IMG/VR virus record: IMGVR_UViG_3300033153_001906
Coordinates: 55,175 to 119,174 of that record
Strand: one strand, 5' to 3'
Length of the DNA stretch: 64,000 nt
DNA from: a virus
The notes under the pieces were generated by a model, which saw nothing but the letters and a program-made list of their open reading frames with translations, ran no database searches and was not told where the DNA came from. Shown here piece by piece: positions 55,310 to 63,405 of the stretch. Each line of letters starts with the position of its first letter. Position 1 is the stretch's first letter. The translations under genes and the position numbers were made by a program.

Positions 55310-58241
55310 TCATTGCTGCTGGCGCACTTGCGATAGCACCAGCGCCTGTTCCGCCAGCACTTGATGTTTCTTGTATGCCTGCCATACGTTTCATTTCTCT
55401 AAGGTTGTCTAAATCATCAGCATCAGCATCAGCTTGATTGATTGCATCATCTAAATTACTATGTGACCATTGTTCAATCCCGCTTCCATATGGATTGCCT
55501 TGGCCGACTGCCCAATGTCCAGCATTGCCTGCTGTAACAACAATGAAACGACCCTTTGGATCAGTATACTCTACTTTTACATGGTCTGACAACACACTTT
55601 CATCTACTTCGCCACGCATACGTGCTTGGTGTGCTTTAGCCTTTTCTGCTTTGCGAAATGCTTTACGGTTCTTGCGATTTTTTGCTCCGCCGTCGTACAT
55701 CGGGCTATCTGTGCCTGCGCCTCTACCCCTATCTTTGCTTTTGTAATCCCACTTACCCTCTTCAACCCCAATTGCATTGCCATCGTTATCTTTACCAAAC
55801 TCAGCATTCAAGCGACGTACTTCTTGCATCGCTGTTTCTGTATCGTCATAGTGATCGTGAATGTCGCCTTTACTACTCATCACTGTTGCTCCATCTCCGC
55901 GACCATCTGGGTCTAAGAAGAAAAAGAAGCTATCGCCTTCATTAACTGCTTGTTTGTCGTTTGCTCTGCGTTTCTTATTACTGTCGCGCTTTGCTGTTTT
56001 CTTTTGTCCATAGTATGCGCCCTTGCCTTTCTTCGCGCCACTATGTTCTGTTTTATTTGCGTTCTGGCCTTCTTCAACAGTTGCGGAAGCTTCTATAGCC
56101 TTGATTACATGCATTAGTTCAGCGGCATCACCAGATTCAGTCGGCATATCATCGTTATACTTAGTGCGCTGTGTCTGCCAGCTACCTGTTGCTTTATCTA
56201 CTTTTAAGAAGCGATAATCTCCTCTATTATTATCTTTATCTATGTTCTTGTACATTGCAAAGTCGAGATCATCACGCTTCCAACTAATATAAACGATCCA
56301 ACCATACGTGCCAAGTTGTTCAGCGAGAGATGCTCCCTCGCCTTCTATATCGTAGTAGCCTTCCTTTATTACTGCCGAATCTAACGCCAATGCATCTTCA
56401 TCTGATAGTCCCTCAGCAATGAATCCATCAAACGCTGATTCTTGTAATGCTGGTGTGCCACTTACTGCCATTTTCTTAATCATGTGTTCTTCGCCTTTAT
56501 CTGTTTGGACTATTAGCGTCTCGCCTGGTCCTCGTGGGTTCTTTACTGTTACTGGTGTTGGATCACCACTAATATCAATAACTTCAATGTCATCACCGAT
56601 TGATAGATCACTAACTTCTTTGCGACCAAGTTCACCATCTTCTTTGCCGAGTATATCATTTATACCACGCTTAACATCGGCCATTGCATCTTTTGCGCCT
56701 GACGTAATTTCACTAGAAATTGATTTGAGTGCGTCAATGCTTGAGCCGTCGCTTGGTGCAGATGCAAATGGATTATCTGCTTCTTTTACTGACTTGCTAA
56801 CTTTGCGAGCAAACAGTGTTTCGCCCTTTGAGTTATCAGCTATCCATTTATATGCTGCTTTCTTGTTCTTAAAAGTAACATGCTTACCACCACGCCGCAC
56901 TTCTGCGCTGGCTGAAGATGTGTGTCCATCATCGCTGTCATATTGTTGTTTAGATTTTCTATATACTCCGATTTGCGCACTTTCTTTGAGTTTCACAGCA
57001 GACTTGACACCAATGATATGCTGCTCAGGACTTAGTTGTCCATGTATTGCATTATAGCGAGAGTCAGCCCAAGTCGTTTTCGACTTGCCATTGTTAAGTG
57101 TTATTAGCCACTTGTATTGCTGCTTGTTACCACCTTTGCGTGAATAGTTTTTAGATTTGTTTGGACGTTTGCCTTCAATGCCAGCTTCTTCTTCGTGTAG
57201 TTCATCACTATATGGCTTGAATGCTTTATACTTGGTGATGAGATGGTTCCAAACAAGATTGGCGTAATATTCAGGCATGTTATTCCAAGCATCAACAAAG
57301 TCATAATATGTTTGTGTATCTTGGAAGTCATAATCATTGAACTCATCACTGTCCATTACTGATTTACTAATTTGATCTAGCCACCAATCGACAGGCTTGC
57401 CAACATCAGATTTACGAGAGTTTCGAGCAACTTGCTTTGCAAAAGATCGTATGTTCTTGTCTATATACTTAACCAATCGCTGACTAATCTTTGTACTTGG
57501 TCCGCCAGTAATATCATCTGCTTCTTCCATCTTTTCTAGCTTAGTATAGTAATCTGGTAATTCATTCAAATGATCCAGTGCAATTTCTTTTGCAACGAGC
57601 ATATCTGATGTATGCTCTTTTTCTGCTTTAATTCCCATCGCCAATTGCGCGCCCATATCACCCAAAGACATATCATGCTTTTTAGCAAGGTCTTTTAGTG
57701 TTGGTGTTGGCTTGTCTAGTAACTTTTCTTCGTCGTAACGATCTTCTCTTACATTTCTGTCATACCCAATACGATAAACGTCTTTGCCGTACTTATCTAC
57801 CCACGTTTGGATACCACTAGCGTTAAATAGTTCATACAAGTCAGTACCAAAGTGTTTCGCCACATCTCGTCCACGAACTCCGCCAACTACCCACGCACCG
57901 TCCCATTTCACGTTAGGGAAAAGATCAGGATTCTTTTTAATTGACGTAATGATTTTACGAACTTTTTTATCATTTGCCCAAGCTTCGTCTGAATCATAAT
58001 CCATATCTGCATACTTCGTAGAACGATATGATTCTTCGATTTCTGAAACTGTGCCAAGAATTTCTCTGGCTGTTTCTACATCTTCTATATCGACAGCATT
58101 GCCTAGCTCAAGATAGTTTGCAAAGCTAAGTCCAGAAATACGATCTGCTACATCTTCTTTTTCGATGCCAACGAGTTCTGCTGCATCTTCAACAACACTT
58201 TCTCGCAATACATTTTCAACTACGTTATCTAATTTTGCCAT
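55197..58241 (-). CDS. large multi-module protein, putative polyprotein, includes a DUF5661-like module
   Basis: QLAMGIKAEKEHT...AKEIALDHL-x-E-x-PDYYTKL; modules separated by [ILVM]xE. Confidence 0.8.
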   Translation of the reverse strand: MAKLDNVVENVLRESVVEDAAELVGIEKEDVADRISGLSFANYLELGNAVDIEDVETAREILGTVSEIEESYRSTKYADMDYDSDEAWANDKKVRKIITSIKKNPDLFPNVKWDGAWVVGGVRGRDVAKHFGTDLYELFNASGIQTWVDKYGKDVYRIGYDRNVREDRYDEEKLLDKPTPTLKDLAKKHDMSLGDMGAQLAMGIKAEKEHTSDMLVAKEIALDHLNELPDYYTKLEKMEEADDITGGPSTKISQRLVKYIDKNIRSFAKQVARNSRKSDVGKPVDWWLDQISKSVMDSDEFNDYDFQDTQTYYDFVDAWNNMPEYYANLVWNHLITKYKAFKPYSDELHEEEAGIEGKRPNKSKNYSRKGGNKQQYKWLITLNNGKSKTTWADSRYNAIHGQLSPEQHIIGVKSAVKLKESAQIGVYRKSKQQYDSDDGHTSSASAEVRRGGKHVTFKNKKAAYKWIADNSKGETLFARKVSKSVKEADNPFASAPSDGSSIDALKSISSEITSGAKDAMADVKRGINDILGKEDGELGRKEVSDLSIGDDIEVIDISGDPTPVTVKNPRGPGETLIVQTDKGEEHMIKKMAVSGTPALQESAFDGFIAEGLSDEDALALDSAVIKEGYYDIEGEGASLAEQLGTYGWIVYISWKRDDLDFAMYKNIDKDNNRGDYRFLKVDKATGSWQTQRTKYNDDMPTESGDAAELMHVIKAIEASATVEEGQNANKTEHSGAKKGKGAYYGQKKTAKRDSNKKRRANDKQAVNEGDSFFFFLDPDGRGDGATVMSSKGDIHDHYDDTETAMQEVRRLNAEFGKDNDGNAIGVEEGKWDYKSKDRGRGAGTDSPMYDGGAKNRKNRKAFRKAEKAKAHQARMRGEVDESVLSDHVKVEYTDPKGRFIVVTAGNAGHWAVGQGNPYGSGIEQWSHSNLDDAINQADADADDLDNLREMKRMAGIQETSSAGGTGAGAIASAPAAMNGIHSRTQSIYGKTNKKPKPKERAKESTEDGIGRNKK

Positions 58242-58504
58242 TATTTATTCATCGTCTTCAATCGACGGCTCGCTGGGTTAAAACTCTTTGTACGTTTTGC
58301 TTTGCGCTGAAGTCGAGAACCCATCTTGGCTTTCGTCTTACGCAATGTCATACGTTTCTTAATATCAATTGGTTTGAAGCACTGAGATGCACTTGCTACG
58401 ACGCGGCCTTTGCGCGGCCCAGATGAACAACGGAACTGTCGCTTTAGCGTGTTGCCCCGACGTTTCCATGCAATCTTCTCTGTTACAATTTCGTCAATTC
58501 TCAT
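58241..58504 (-). CDS. small very basic protein with capsid-targeting-like N-terminus
   Basis: MRIDEIVTE then K/R-rich body with FRCSSGPRKGRVV. Confidence 0.8.
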   Translation of the reverse strand: MRIDEIVTEKIAWKRRGNTLKRQFRCSSGPRKGRVVASASQCFKPIDIKKRMTLRKTKAKMGSRLQRKAKRTKSFNPASRRLKTMNK

Positions 58505-58950
58505 AAGTTGTCTCGTCCTTCAAATTCTATATTCTGTCCTGCACCGTTGGTATCAAGAACTGCGCCGTTAACTAATACAATTCCGTTCATTTCTTCAACC
58601 AACAATCCCACTTCATTCGCTTTCGTTGCAAACACGTTTTCTTGCTCGGCGCTAAATTCCCAAACAAAGCCTTCGCCCGTTACAGATGTAGCACCATCTG
58701 CTGCTAGGTCAGCTACGGCAAGCGGATCATTCAAAATAATAGGCATTGCACGAAGTCCTACGCTTTGTATGAGTATTTCAAAGTTCTTTTGGGTTTCATC
58801 TGCAATATCGCCAGTGATTCGAATATTAATTCCCGTAGCATTATCTGGATCAGAGAATGCGTTGGGTGACTCGCACCAAACTGTGTAATACTGCAAATTT
58901 CCAGTGAGAACTTGAGATGCACTAGCTAAGCCGTGTGCTTTGCTAACCAT
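58501..58950 (-). CDS. virion structural protein, paralog array member
   Basis: start moved to MVSKAHG after AGGAG. Confidence 0.75.
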   Translation of the reverse strand: MVSKAHGLASASQVLTGNLQYYTVWCESPNAFSDPDNATGINIRITGDIADETQKNFEILIQSVGLRAMPIILNDPLAVADLAADGATSVTGEGFVWEFSAEQENVFATKANEVGLLVEEMNGIVLVNGAVLDTNGAGQNIEFEGRDNL

Positions 58951-58982
58951 ATCGTCTCCTATTATGTGTGTGTTTGCACAAG

Positions 58983-58990
58983 TATTTATC
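58983..58990 (-). promoter_or_regulatory. late-type promoter GATAAATA
   Basis: intergenic motif match. Confidence 0.8.
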
Positions 58991-59018
58991 ACCATTCTTG
59001 CAGACGGGCGCATAAAAG

Positions 59019-59041
59019 AAAAGGCGCCGAAGCGCCTTTTT
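59019..59041 (-). terminator. intrinsic terminator with cUUCGg loop
   Basis: AGGCGC-TTCG-GCGCCT-TTT. Confidence 0.88.
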
Positions 59042-59064
59042 GTATTACTTAATTGATTTACTGC

Positions 59065-59793
59065 TTACGTGAACGTTTCGAAGAAGCGTTCTGTAACAGT
59101 TGCGCCCGTGAAGTTAAATGTTGCGCCAGTATTTGTATTATTTGGAACAGTAACAGAGCCTAACGCAACGATTGCTGTTGCCATGTCTGCTGCTGCATCA
59201 CCACCACCTGGACGATCCCATGCAAAGCCGTTGTTTGCACATGCAATTCGAATTACGTTTGCACTAACAATTGCAGTCTGTACGATTGTTGCATACTTGG
59301 CAACCTCAGCTAGTGCCAAATCTGCTGCACTGCTTGGAACTGGTGCATTGTATCCAACATATGTTTCAATACCAACTTGTGGACTTGCCCCTGGGACAAT
59401 AATTGTACTTCCCCACACTAGATTAAATGTTGCTGCGGATCCTGCACCACCAGTTACACTAACTGGGTTTGCTGGAAGTACGCTGTACACACCTGGCTCA
59501 CTAATGCTAAAGTAAACAACACCACCCGAACCATCTACACCATCTGCGCCACCTGGTCCTGCACCTGCGCCCAGAATTGTTAGTGTTGCTGGTGTAGATG
59601 ATGTTCCGCCTGATACTGTAAGAACGTTGCCATTGGCGTATGATGAACCTTCGTCAACGATGGTTGCTTCAACGATACGACCAGCATCGCCAATAACGTC
59701 TGTGCCTAGTCCTGTGTCATTAATATCGAAATAGCGTAAGCTACCTGTTAGCATTTGGTCAGTAATAATACCGCCGCTTACTCTTACTACCAT
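59065..59793 (-). CDS. virion structural protein, paralog array member with inserted module
   Basis: MVVRVSGG...LTGSLRYF. Confidence 0.78.
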   Translation of the reverse strand: MVVRVSGGIITDQMLTGSLRYFDINDTGLGTDVIGDAGRIVEATIVDEGSSYANGNVLTVSGGTSSTPATLTILGAGAGPGGADGVDGSGGVVYFSISEPGVYSVLPANPVSVTGGAGSAATFNLVWGSTIIVPGASPQVGIETYVGYNAPVPSSAADLALAEVAKYATIVQTAIVSANVIRIACANNGFAWDRPGGGDAAADMATAIVALGSVTVPNNTNTGATFNFTGATVTERFFETFT

Positions 59794-59823
59794 TTTATTA
59801 AACTCCTGAATTCGTTATACTGT

Positions 59824-59831
59824 TATTTATC
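59824..59831 (-). promoter_or_regulatory. late-type promoter GATAAATA
   Basis: intergenic motif match. Confidence 0.8.
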
Positions 59832-59852
59832 AACAATGCGAATTATCTAGTC

Positions 59853-59880
59853 AAAAAAAAGCAGCACCGAAGTGCTGCTT
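59853..59880 (-). terminator. intrinsic terminator with cUUCGg loop
   Basis: GCAGCAC-TTCG-GTGCTGC-T8. Confidence 0.9.
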
Positions 59881-59905
59881 GATTTTGTTTTGCTATGTAG
59901 AGCTA

Positions 59906-60322
59906 TTATGCTGCTACTGCTGCAAAGTTTGTTCCAACAAGTGAGAACGTTGCGCTGGCAAGGTCTGGGCCCGCTACTGGCAATGCGCCAGATAGATCAA
60001 TTAGATTAATCTCATCTTGAATTTCTACTAGAACGTCTTGTGCAGTCTGGTTACCGACTGTTGTGCCAGATGAACCAAGAGCCTGACCGTAATCCAGAAT
60101 TAACTGAAGTACTGTAGGTGATGCTGCTGCGATTGAAATACCAAGTACTGTGCCGCGTGACTCTAGGATCTCAATTACCTTGTCAAGACCGTTAGCATTA
60201 ACGTTATTAACGCCTGCTGCGTCATCAACAAAGTCGCCTGCTGATACTGTTAGTGTTGCGAAAATTACATCAGCACTGAACCATAGTCCTTCTTGAACTC
60301 TACCATTTACTTTAACTACCAT
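59906..60322 (-). CDS. virion structural protein, paralog array member
   Basis: MVVKVNG...G-x-WFS-x-DV...RGTVLG...DYGQ. Confidence 0.8.
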   Translation of the reverse strand: MVVKVNGRVQEGLWFSADVIFATLTVSAGDFVDDAAGVNNVNANGLDKVIEILESRGTVLGISIAAASPTVLQLILDYGQALGSSGTTVGNQTAQDVLVEIQDEINLIDLSGALPVAGPDLASATFSLVGTNFAAVAA

Positions 60323-60369
60323 TTTACTTCTCCTAATTTTGTTGCAGAGTTAATCTCTGCTTATGCTTT

Positions 60370-60377
60370 TATTTATC
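60370..60377 (-). promoter_or_regulatory. late-type promoter GATAAATA
   Basis: intergenic motif match. Confidence 0.8.
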
Positions 60378-60397
60378 ACTTTTGTCAATTTTTAGCC

Positions 60398-60424
60398 AAA
60401 AAAAAGCAGTCCGAAGACTGCTTT
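60398..60424 (-). terminator. intrinsic terminator with cUUCGg loop
   Basis: GCAGTC-TTCG-GACTGC-T8. Confidence 0.9.
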
Positions 60425-60446
60425 AATTTCATTATTATAATGATTA

Positions 60447-60857
60447 TTACGCTGGTGTACCTAGTGCATTACCAGTAAAGCCACGGAACGTTGCAACTGC
60501 TGCCGTTGATAGGCCTGCGATTGCGTTGATTGCTGCTGTGATTTCTGCATCAATGTCTTGTGCAGCTTGGCCGCCCAAAACAACGCTGTCTGGATCGTAA
60601 CCCTGACCGTAATCTACTAGTACGCTGAATGCTGCATCAGTAAGGACTGTTAGGCCGATAACTGTACCGCGTGTTGCGATTGCTTCGATGCATTGCTCTA
60701 GATGACTATTTACTACGTCATCCTGACGAGGGTCAGTTGTTGTTACTGTTAGATCAGTTAGGAATGTGCTTCCTGTTACGCTATCAACGTCAACTACAAC
60801 TACGTCTGACGAGAACCATACGCCCTGTCGAGGTGCTCCTTTAATTCTAACTACCAT
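60447..60857 (-). CDS. virion structural protein, paralog array member
   Basis: MVVRIKG...G-x-WFS-x-DV...RGTVIG...DYGQ. Confidence 0.8.
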   Translation of the reverse strand: MVVRIKGAPRQGVWFSSDVVVVDVDSVTGSTFLTDLTVTTTDPRQDDVVNSHLEQCIEAIATRGTVIGLTVLTDAAFSVLVDYGQGYDPDSVVLGGQAAQDIDAEITAAINAIAGLSTAAVATFRGFTGNALGTPA

Positions 60858-60904
60858 TTTCTTATTCTCCTAATATTGTGCAGAGAAATACTCTGCGATA
60901 AAAG

Positions 60905-60939
60905 TATTTATCAGTTTTGAATATTTTTAGGGATAAATA
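60905..60939. promoter_or_regulatory. divergent pair of GATAAATA late promoters
   Basis: minus 60905-60912, plus 60932-60939. Confidence 0.75.
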
Positions 60940-60947
60940 ACTGTATA

Positions 60948-61112
60948 ATGAACACAGAACACGAATTACTCTTAATAACTGAACTTGAATCCCAAGCTGC
61001 TCAACTTCGTCAATATGATCGAGAGGCGCGGGCGCGAGAGTGGTATCTCAATGGTCAAATTAAAGAACTTAGACGAGAAGTGGACGAACTCAAGTCGAGG
61101 TTGGCTGATTAA
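60948..61112 (+). CDS. small coiled-coil protein (54 aa, not in ORF track)
   Basis: MNTEHELLLITELESQ...IKELRREVDELKSRLAD; fills gap after plus-strand GATAAATA. Confidence 0.65.
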   Translation: MNTEHELLLITELESQAAQLRQYDREARAREWYLNGQIKELRREVDELKSRLAD

Positions 61113-62197
61113 TCAGTTTCTACTTGATCGCCTGCTTCTGCGTGTCGATCAATTTGCATACGACATTCTTTGTTGTTGCAATGAAGAACACCTTGCATAT
61201 CATCTTGGATGCCAGTTTCTACGTACTGCCCTGCACCGCACCGCGTACAAGTCTCGTCAGTCATATCAAAGCTCTCGCCAAGAACGTGCCATTCCCAACC
61301 TTCGTTAATTCCACGCTTTTCTTCGTGGCCCTTTGCGAATGGTGCTGGTCGAATTTCCATCTCGTATGCATTGCCGTCTGTAGTACGAACGAATGCGCTG
61401 ATGCCATCTGCAATATAATTCACACTGATTATTTTTTCTACTTCTGGGTGCTTGCGCATGTCTTGAACTAGTTGAAATAGCTGTGTAGCACGATCTTCAT
61501 TTAGTGGAGTTTCGTCAACTTCTACACTATTGAAAACACTGTAGCGTTTGTTGGGATCGTGTCTCAGACCCAAAGCAAGACCAGCAAGACCAGCACCAGC
61601 GATTTTTGCTATAGTCTTGAGTGCTGAATCTTTACCATAGTGTCCTGCTTCACCCTTAGTTAATGTAATCAAGTATGGCAATACTTCTGCAAGCTTTGCG
61701 CGAGTACGAATAAAGCGATGCAACTGTGTTATTGCAGTTTTACGTGCAACTGGTGATGAATCGCCCCAATTGTTAAGTGTGCGACGAACATTGCGTAGTT
61801 TTGTATCAGTAATGCTCAGTGAACGTTCCATTCTCAATAGAAACTGTTGAACAAATGATTTGTCAATGTTGCCTTTACCAATTCCTCTGTACAAACGCAA
61901 TATTTGTTGTTTCTGTGGCTTGCTTATAGCATTCAATTCATTTTGGAGAATGTATGTCAATACATATAGATCATTAGCTGATACGCGAAAGAAATCAAAG
62001 TTAGAGAATGCTGACGCTGCCGATGCATATTGTCTTGCCCAATGTGTTGTCTTTGTATCAAGCGCGAGCGCAATGGTAGCTAACAATACAGAATAGTACA
62101 AGTCACGCTTTTGGCGATCATTGAACTTTCCTAAATCGTGTTTACTACGAAAGATTCGACTCTCGCATAGTGTATTGATTAGCTGTAAATCTTTCAT
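61109..62197 (-). CDS. hypothetical late protein with appended modules
   Basis: LCESR N-terminus; LNED, INEG and LGES junctions; terminal CxxC module. Confidence 0.8.
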   Translation of the reverse strand: MKDLQLINTLCESRIFRSKHDLGKFNDRQKRDLYYSVLLATIALALDTKTTHWARQYASAASAFSNFDFFRVSANDLYVLTYILQNELNAISKPQKQQILRLYRGIGKGNIDKSFVQQFLLRMERSLSITDTKLRNVRRTLNNWGDSSPVARKTAITQLHRFIRTRAKLAEVLPYLITLTKGEAGHYGKDSALKTIAKIAGAGLAGLALGLRHDPNKRYSVFNSVEVDETPLNEDRATQLFQLVQDMRKHPEVEKIISVNYIADGISAFVRTTDGNAYEMEIRPAPFAKGHEEKRGINEGWEWHVLGESFDMTDETCTRCGAGQYVETGIQDDMQGVLHCNNKECRMQIDRHAEAGDQVETD

Positions 62198-63405
62198 CTT
62201 GGTTCCTTGTTGAAATTCTGGCGAGAGAATTCTAGTCTATCAACTAGCTTGACCGCATTCCCGTCGTGCCCTACTGCAACAAAGCCTTCTGGGTTTGTTA
62301 CGTCATATCCATCGTATGAACGAATGAATGTTTTTAGTCCGTCTAATGTATTTAGTTTGTTGACCATCACCAACTTGATTTCATTCAAGTGGTTGTATAG
62401 ATCAATTATCTTGTAGATGGTTTCTTTATGTTCGTCAATCCACACTTCTTTATCAGAGATTTTCTGGTGTCTTGCAGCAACCGCTTTGTCAGTCTTGATC
62501 TTATCAATGTCTTTCAGTACGCGGCCTTTGTAAAACTCCAGAAAATCTTTCGTAAATTCATATGGGTCTTTCATGTGTTCGCCTTCACGTACATTTTGGT
62601 TGATGTACATTGGGAGATTTTTCTTGAACTCTGGATTCTCAATTACTACATCCAAGTCTTTGCCTAGCTCAGAAATTCTCGCCTTAGCTGCGATAATCTC
62701 GCGCTTCAAGTCTGCATCTTCTTCTGGTGTTAGTGAAGCAATGCCAGTATAGTCTTTATACGTGGCATCATCGAACCATACATCAGGCGTCTTCTTTAGA
62801 TTGGAAATGTCTACATCAAAAGAAGATGAAACATTCTGCAAAGAGCCTTCGCCCTCATATGCTGTATGGAATACAATTCCAATTTTTGCTTTCTGAATTG
62901 TGTTAGCCAAATTTGAGCCAACTGGAACGGCGTATGTGATTGTGTTTGGAGTGAACGTGATATATTCTTCACCTTCAATCGTTTCCTCTTTCACATCGTC
63001 GCCTGTAAACATAAGGTCGCCCTGGAGAATGCCTTTTATGCCCAACTTTCGCAGGCCGTTAAACGCTGCGAGTAACTTATTTCCAAGTTCGGGTTGTTCG
63101 CTGTAATACTTCTCAACATCTCCAGGACGTTTGATTGTTTTTGATGCTTTCGCAAATGCAGATTTTGTTCCAATAAAGAACTTTCCATCTGCGGGATCTA
63201 TACCACAAATGATAGCTGGGCTACCATCCCACTTAACTGTTACTTTGCCTTGCTTGCCACGACCTTGCGATAGCGTGTTTCTCACGCCAGTAGCAAGCTT
63301 GACTGCGCGTATTGCGCCTTTGTATCCATGATCGAAGATAAGATCCTCTAGATGAACTAGATGGACATTCTTACCAGCTTCAAAGAGTAATTCCCATGCT
63401 CGCAT
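62194..63405 (-). CDS. DUF6267-like, ligase/nucleotidyltransferase-like protein
   Basis: HLVHLED, TVKWDG, QGDLM, PEGFV, VKLVDRLEFS. Confidence 0.75.
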   Translation of the reverse strand: MRAWELLFEAGKNVHLVHLEDLIFDHGYKGAIRAVKLATGVRNTLSQGRGKQGKVTVKWDGSPAIICGIDPADGKFFIGTKSAFAKASKTIKRPGDVEKYYSEQPELGNKLLAAFNGLRKLGIKGILQGDLMFTGDDVKEETIEGEEYITFTPNTITYAVPVGSNLANTIQKAKIGIVFHTAYEGEGSLQNVSSSFDVDISNLKKTPDVWFDDATYKDYTGIASLTPEEDADLKREIIAAKARISELGKDLDVVIENPEFKKNLPMYINQNVREGEHMKDPYEFTKDFLEFYKGRVLKDIDKIKTDKAVAARHQKISDKEVWIDEHKETIYKIIDLYNHLNEIKLVMVNKLNTLDGLKTFIRSYDGYDVTNPEGFVAVGHDGNAVKLVDRLEFSRQNFNKEPR

